Origin: Candidatus Thorarchaeota archaeon | Lineage (GTDB): Archaea > Asgardarchaeota > Thorarchaeia > Thorarchaeales > Thorarchaeaceae | DNA: 17,502 nucleotides | Direction of reading: 5' to 3' | Assembly (NCBI GenBank): GCA_016840855.1 | Contig: JAEORO010000079.1 | Coordinates: 1 to 17,502, forward strand | Shown here: positions 14,893 to 17,502 of the stretch, in pieces | Layout of the letters: each line of letters opens with the position of its first letter | Position numbering within the stretch: the first letter of the stretch is position 1 | Notes under the pieces: generated by a model | What the model was told of the DNA's origin: nothing | What the model saw: only the letters and a program-made list of their open reading frames with translations | Database searches by the model: none | Made by a program: the position numbers and the translations under genes

Positions 14893-15116
14893 CTGAAAAA
14901 ATGCCGATAAAAGCCTTAGAACAACAACTCAATGATATTGTTTCAATAAAATTGAAAGACCAGAGAATCTTTCGAGGGCGCCTAACACGATGTGATATGT
15001 ACATGAATCTCACACTTGCGGATGCAGAGGAACTTGAAGAGGAAGAAATCAAAGCAAAGTATGGCCAAGTTCTGATAAGAGGCAACAATATCCTGTGGAT
15101 TCAGATTCCTGAATAA
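14889..15116 (+). CDS. lsm: Sm-like archaeal protein (Lsm/SmAP)
   Basis: Sm1 motif VSIKLKD...RGRL..CDMYMNLTL.DAEE and Sm2 motif YGQVLIRGNNI. GTG start after SD GAGGTG. Confidence 0.95.
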   Translation: MPEKMPIKALEQQLNDIVSIKLKDQRIFRGRLTRCDMYMNLTLADAEELEEEEIKAKYGQVLIRGNNILWIQIPE

Positions 15117-15160
15117 TCAGATGTACATAGTCTTTGATTGTGTTTATCACTCAATAGATT

Positions 15161-17194
15161 TTATCGCTCAATCTCGCGGCGATATCGCTCCACTAACTCT
15201 ACTAGCTGTTCCTCTCCCTTCTGTCTGGCTTGTTCTCGTACAGTTTGCATGAATTTTTCTAGTTGTTGATTGAACTTTGCACGACTAATAAATGCAAATT
15301 CATCTACTCGTTGAAGCTCTACTTCTTTAGCATCAATAACTGGGATGAGTGCCTTAATCAGTTCCTCTTGTGAAAGATGTGAAAGTGGTGTGTCTACAAC
15401 TACTGCTCGTATCTCTCGTTCTATGAGTATTCCTGCTGTTTGCGGACCTCCACCTGAGGCGTCTTCAAAGAGAACAACATCACCACACTTCAAACCAACT
15501 TTCTTCATGAATTCTTCAATGCTCTCACGAGTAAAGTGAGAAATTGTTTTTACAGCTAGCATATCTCCACGAATTTCTAAGCGTTTAACTCCCTTGAGAC
15601 GCTCAAGGCGTTTGCTAAGGGTATCTACTTGTTTTTTTAGAGCGTGTGTTTCCCGCTCTGTTTTCTTCAATGTGGACTTGATCTTCTCCACTTCACGATC
15701 TCGTTTGATTTTCCAGTGGTTCTCGCGGTTTACTATTTCGAGACTCTCTGTAAGCTCACTCTCTCTAAACTTCAGAAATTCTACGAATCGTTTAAGGTCT
15801 TCAATCTTCTCTGCAAGAAGTCTGTTTTCAGATTCTAAATGCTCGGTTTTGGATTTTAGCAAATCAAAACGTTCCTGTGTCAAAGGTTCATCTTTAACTT
15901 GTGGTCGTTCAGGAACACTTTCTACAGGTTCTGATTCCTCACTCTCTATCTTAGCTAAGGCTTCATTAATTGAAGCACCCTTTATTACTAATGCCTTGAG
16001 ATGATTACGGTCAACTGAGAGTTTTTCATCATGAACTATTTTGTCAATTTGTTGAAATTTGGGAAGTAGACTCCTGAATGCAAATATTGCTGCTGTCAAA
16101 GCATCACGCTCATGAGCATTACGAATTTTTATTTCATTACCATATTCACGAGCTAGTTCCTGTTTATCTGCAACAGCAATTGGTTTCTTGGGAGTAAATA
16201 GGGTGGCATTCACTGTACTTGCAATCTTATCTACAAAATGAGGAGCCTGTGGCACATCCGAGGCAACAAGTGCAGGAATGCCATTCTCGTATACCTCTCT
16301 GATAAGATCCGCTCTTGTAAGTCCCTTCTTACTTCTCAAGGTAAGTATTTTCCCGTCCAATGACAATAAACAATAAGCTGCTGTTGTTCCAGGATCAATG
16401 CCCAGAATGAAATACTTTGGTTTTAAGTCTGTAACTGCAGGACGAGGTTCGAGTGAGAGAAATTCTACTCTCTTTCGAACAGGAGAGATTAATATATTGA
16501 AGTCACCGCCACGTTTGGATTCAACAAGACTACGAATTGCTGGCAATGGGGCATATGTTACAATTCTTGCACTCGCATAACCAAAATCAGATATACGAGT
16601 ATCGAGGTCATATTCGATTTCAGCAGCCTTCAATTGCGACTCTATGAAGCGAGTCATCTGTTGTATCTCTGAGTGGACTCTGCGGCGATATCTGTTTGCA
16701 CTCTGCCCACCACGACCAGGTTTCCGTCCTCGAGTCACTTTAATTTCAGTCTGTTCTCCGAAACATTCCAGTAAGTAACCAATACCTCTTGACGCTAGCA
16801 GTGCCGCAATGCGAGCTGATTCCAGAGGGCTTGGTTTACCTCTGGAGATTAGACCATGACGTTTTGCTAATATCTTGAGGGATGTTTGGTGTGGTGGAAT
16901 TCCAGTTACTTGTACAATTTTGGTTTCAGCTGGTATTTTGTCTACAAGTTGAAAGAGAGACTTGGTATCAGGAACTATCTCAAAGATGTTATCTGTACAA
17001 AGCCATTTAGGAACGACTTCACGGATTAGTTTTAATAATGCACCTCGAGAGAGTTCGGGAAACTCATTTAGAACCATCTCATTTCTAGTAATCACACATG
17101 CAAATTTTGGTGCTCTCTTTGAAGAAGCACTATGTGATGGCAATATGTCGAAACCTATGATGAATACTCCATCGTCGCCCATTGGGCTCAGCAC
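15161..17194 (-). CDS. DUF460 domain protein (predicted RNase H/RuvC-like fold plus coiled coil)
   Basis: N-terminal IIGFDI...TDNIFEI...VQVTG, GRGGQSANRYRR, GIDPGTTA, NAHERDAL, long coiled coil, and DASGGG. Start GTG 17194 or ATG 17182. Confidence 0.9.
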   Translation of the reverse strand: MLSPMGDDGVFIIGFDILPSHSASSKRAPKFACVITRNEMVLNEFPELSRGALLKLIREVVPKWLCTDNIFEIVPDTKSLFQLVDKIPAETKIVQVTGIPPHQTSLKILAKRHGLISRGKPSPLESARIAALLASRGIGYLLECFGEQTEIKVTRGRKPGRGGQSANRYRRRVHSEIQQMTRFIESQLKAAEIEYDLDTRISDFGYASARIVTYAPLPAIRSLVESKRGGDFNILISPVRKRVEFLSLEPRPAVTDLKPKYFILGIDPGTTAAYCLLSLDGKILTLRSKKGLTRADLIREVYENGIPALVASDVPQAPHFVDKIASTVNATLFTPKKPIAVADKQELAREYGNEIKIRNAHERDALTAAIFAFRSLLPKFQQIDKIVHDEKLSVDRNHLKALVIKGASINEALAKIESEESEPVESVPERPQVKDEPLTQERFDLLKSKTEHLESENRLLAEKIEDLKRFVEFLKFRESELTESLEIVNRENHWKIKRDREVEKIKSTLKKTERETHALKKQVDTLSKRLERLKGVKRLEIRGDMLAVKTISHFTRESIEEFMKKVGLKCGDVVLFEDASGGGPQTAGILIEREIRAVVVDTPLSHLSQEELIKALIPVIDAKEVELQRVDEFAFISRAKFNQQLEKFMQTVREQARQKGEEQLVELVERYRREIER

Positions 17195-17336
17195 TCATTC
17201 TTATGAGATAAGAAAAGGTATTGAACCTATTTGTTGGTTCAAACTTGTACAGTTGATAGTTTAGACCATCCTCAAACAACAACTATAATAAAGCAATACT
17301 TGAGCAATGTTGCAATACTTATTCGAGGTGTAACAA

Positions 17337-17502
17337 CTGTCCGAAACACTTGAAATCAACAATGATGATGCTATATTGCGAATAGGACGAGCTCTTTCAT
17401 CAGGAACTCGGCTAAAGGTACTGAAGATTTTGCTTCAGGGAGAAAAAGACGTGACACGAGTGGCTAGACACCTCGGCGGAACCGAAGCCAATGCCAGCGC
17501 CC
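17337..17502 (+). CDS. ArsR-family winged-helix transcriptional regulator (partial, runs off the window; apparent CTG start)
   Basis: Hand translation (M)SETLEINNDDAILRIGRALSSGTRLKVLKILLQGEKDVTRVARHLGGTEANASA: the ALS..TRL.IL..L...E..V..VA..LG....AS pattern of ArsR helix-turn-helix proteins. Confidence 0.8.
   Translation, partial: MSETLEINNDDAILRIGRALSSGTRLKVLKILLQGEKDVTRVARHLGGTEANASA

Noticed and set aside
14744-15088. 115-aa N-terminal extension of Kae1 with a poly-Ser run
   Set aside because: It is the antisense of lsm (the EELEEEE codons) and the spacer. Kae1 homology starts at 14743.
1-17502. Genome-wide TAG reassignment or selenocysteine recoding
   Set aside because: Several conserved genes end in TAG at natural C-termini, and I found no internal TGA in a conserved protein and no convincing SECIS.

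Overview
An archaeal core-genome window. The protein style suggests an Asgard archaeon, possibly Thorarchaeia, but that is an inference not confirmed by any search. Replication genes: orc1/cdc6 with ORB-like boxes upstream, PolD small subunit DP1, and a GAN/Cdc45-type RecJ homologue whose nuclease motifs appear lost. Translation and RNA genes: eS1, uS15, KEOPS kae1/bud32/pcc1, Lsm, FAU-1, DUF460, a METTL5-like methyltransferase, intron-containing tRNA-Ser(CGA) and tRNA-Leu(UAG). Other genes: an AbrB-PhoU regulator, a phosphopentomutase-like mutase, and a small accessory patch between the two tRNAs. Four coding regions absent from the ORF track were found by hand: pcc1 and an ArsR-type gene (both apparently starting at CTG), a 45-aa TFIIS-like zinc ribbon with a basic instead of acidic hairpin, and a small two-helix membrane protein. 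I saw no mobile element, CRISPR array or defence system. The most interesting signals are small: the zinc-ribbon microprotein, the dead GAN, the CTG starts, a 38-bp palindrome over the lsm start, and a possible inversion footprint that split the rps15-GAN-pcc1-rps3ae operon.
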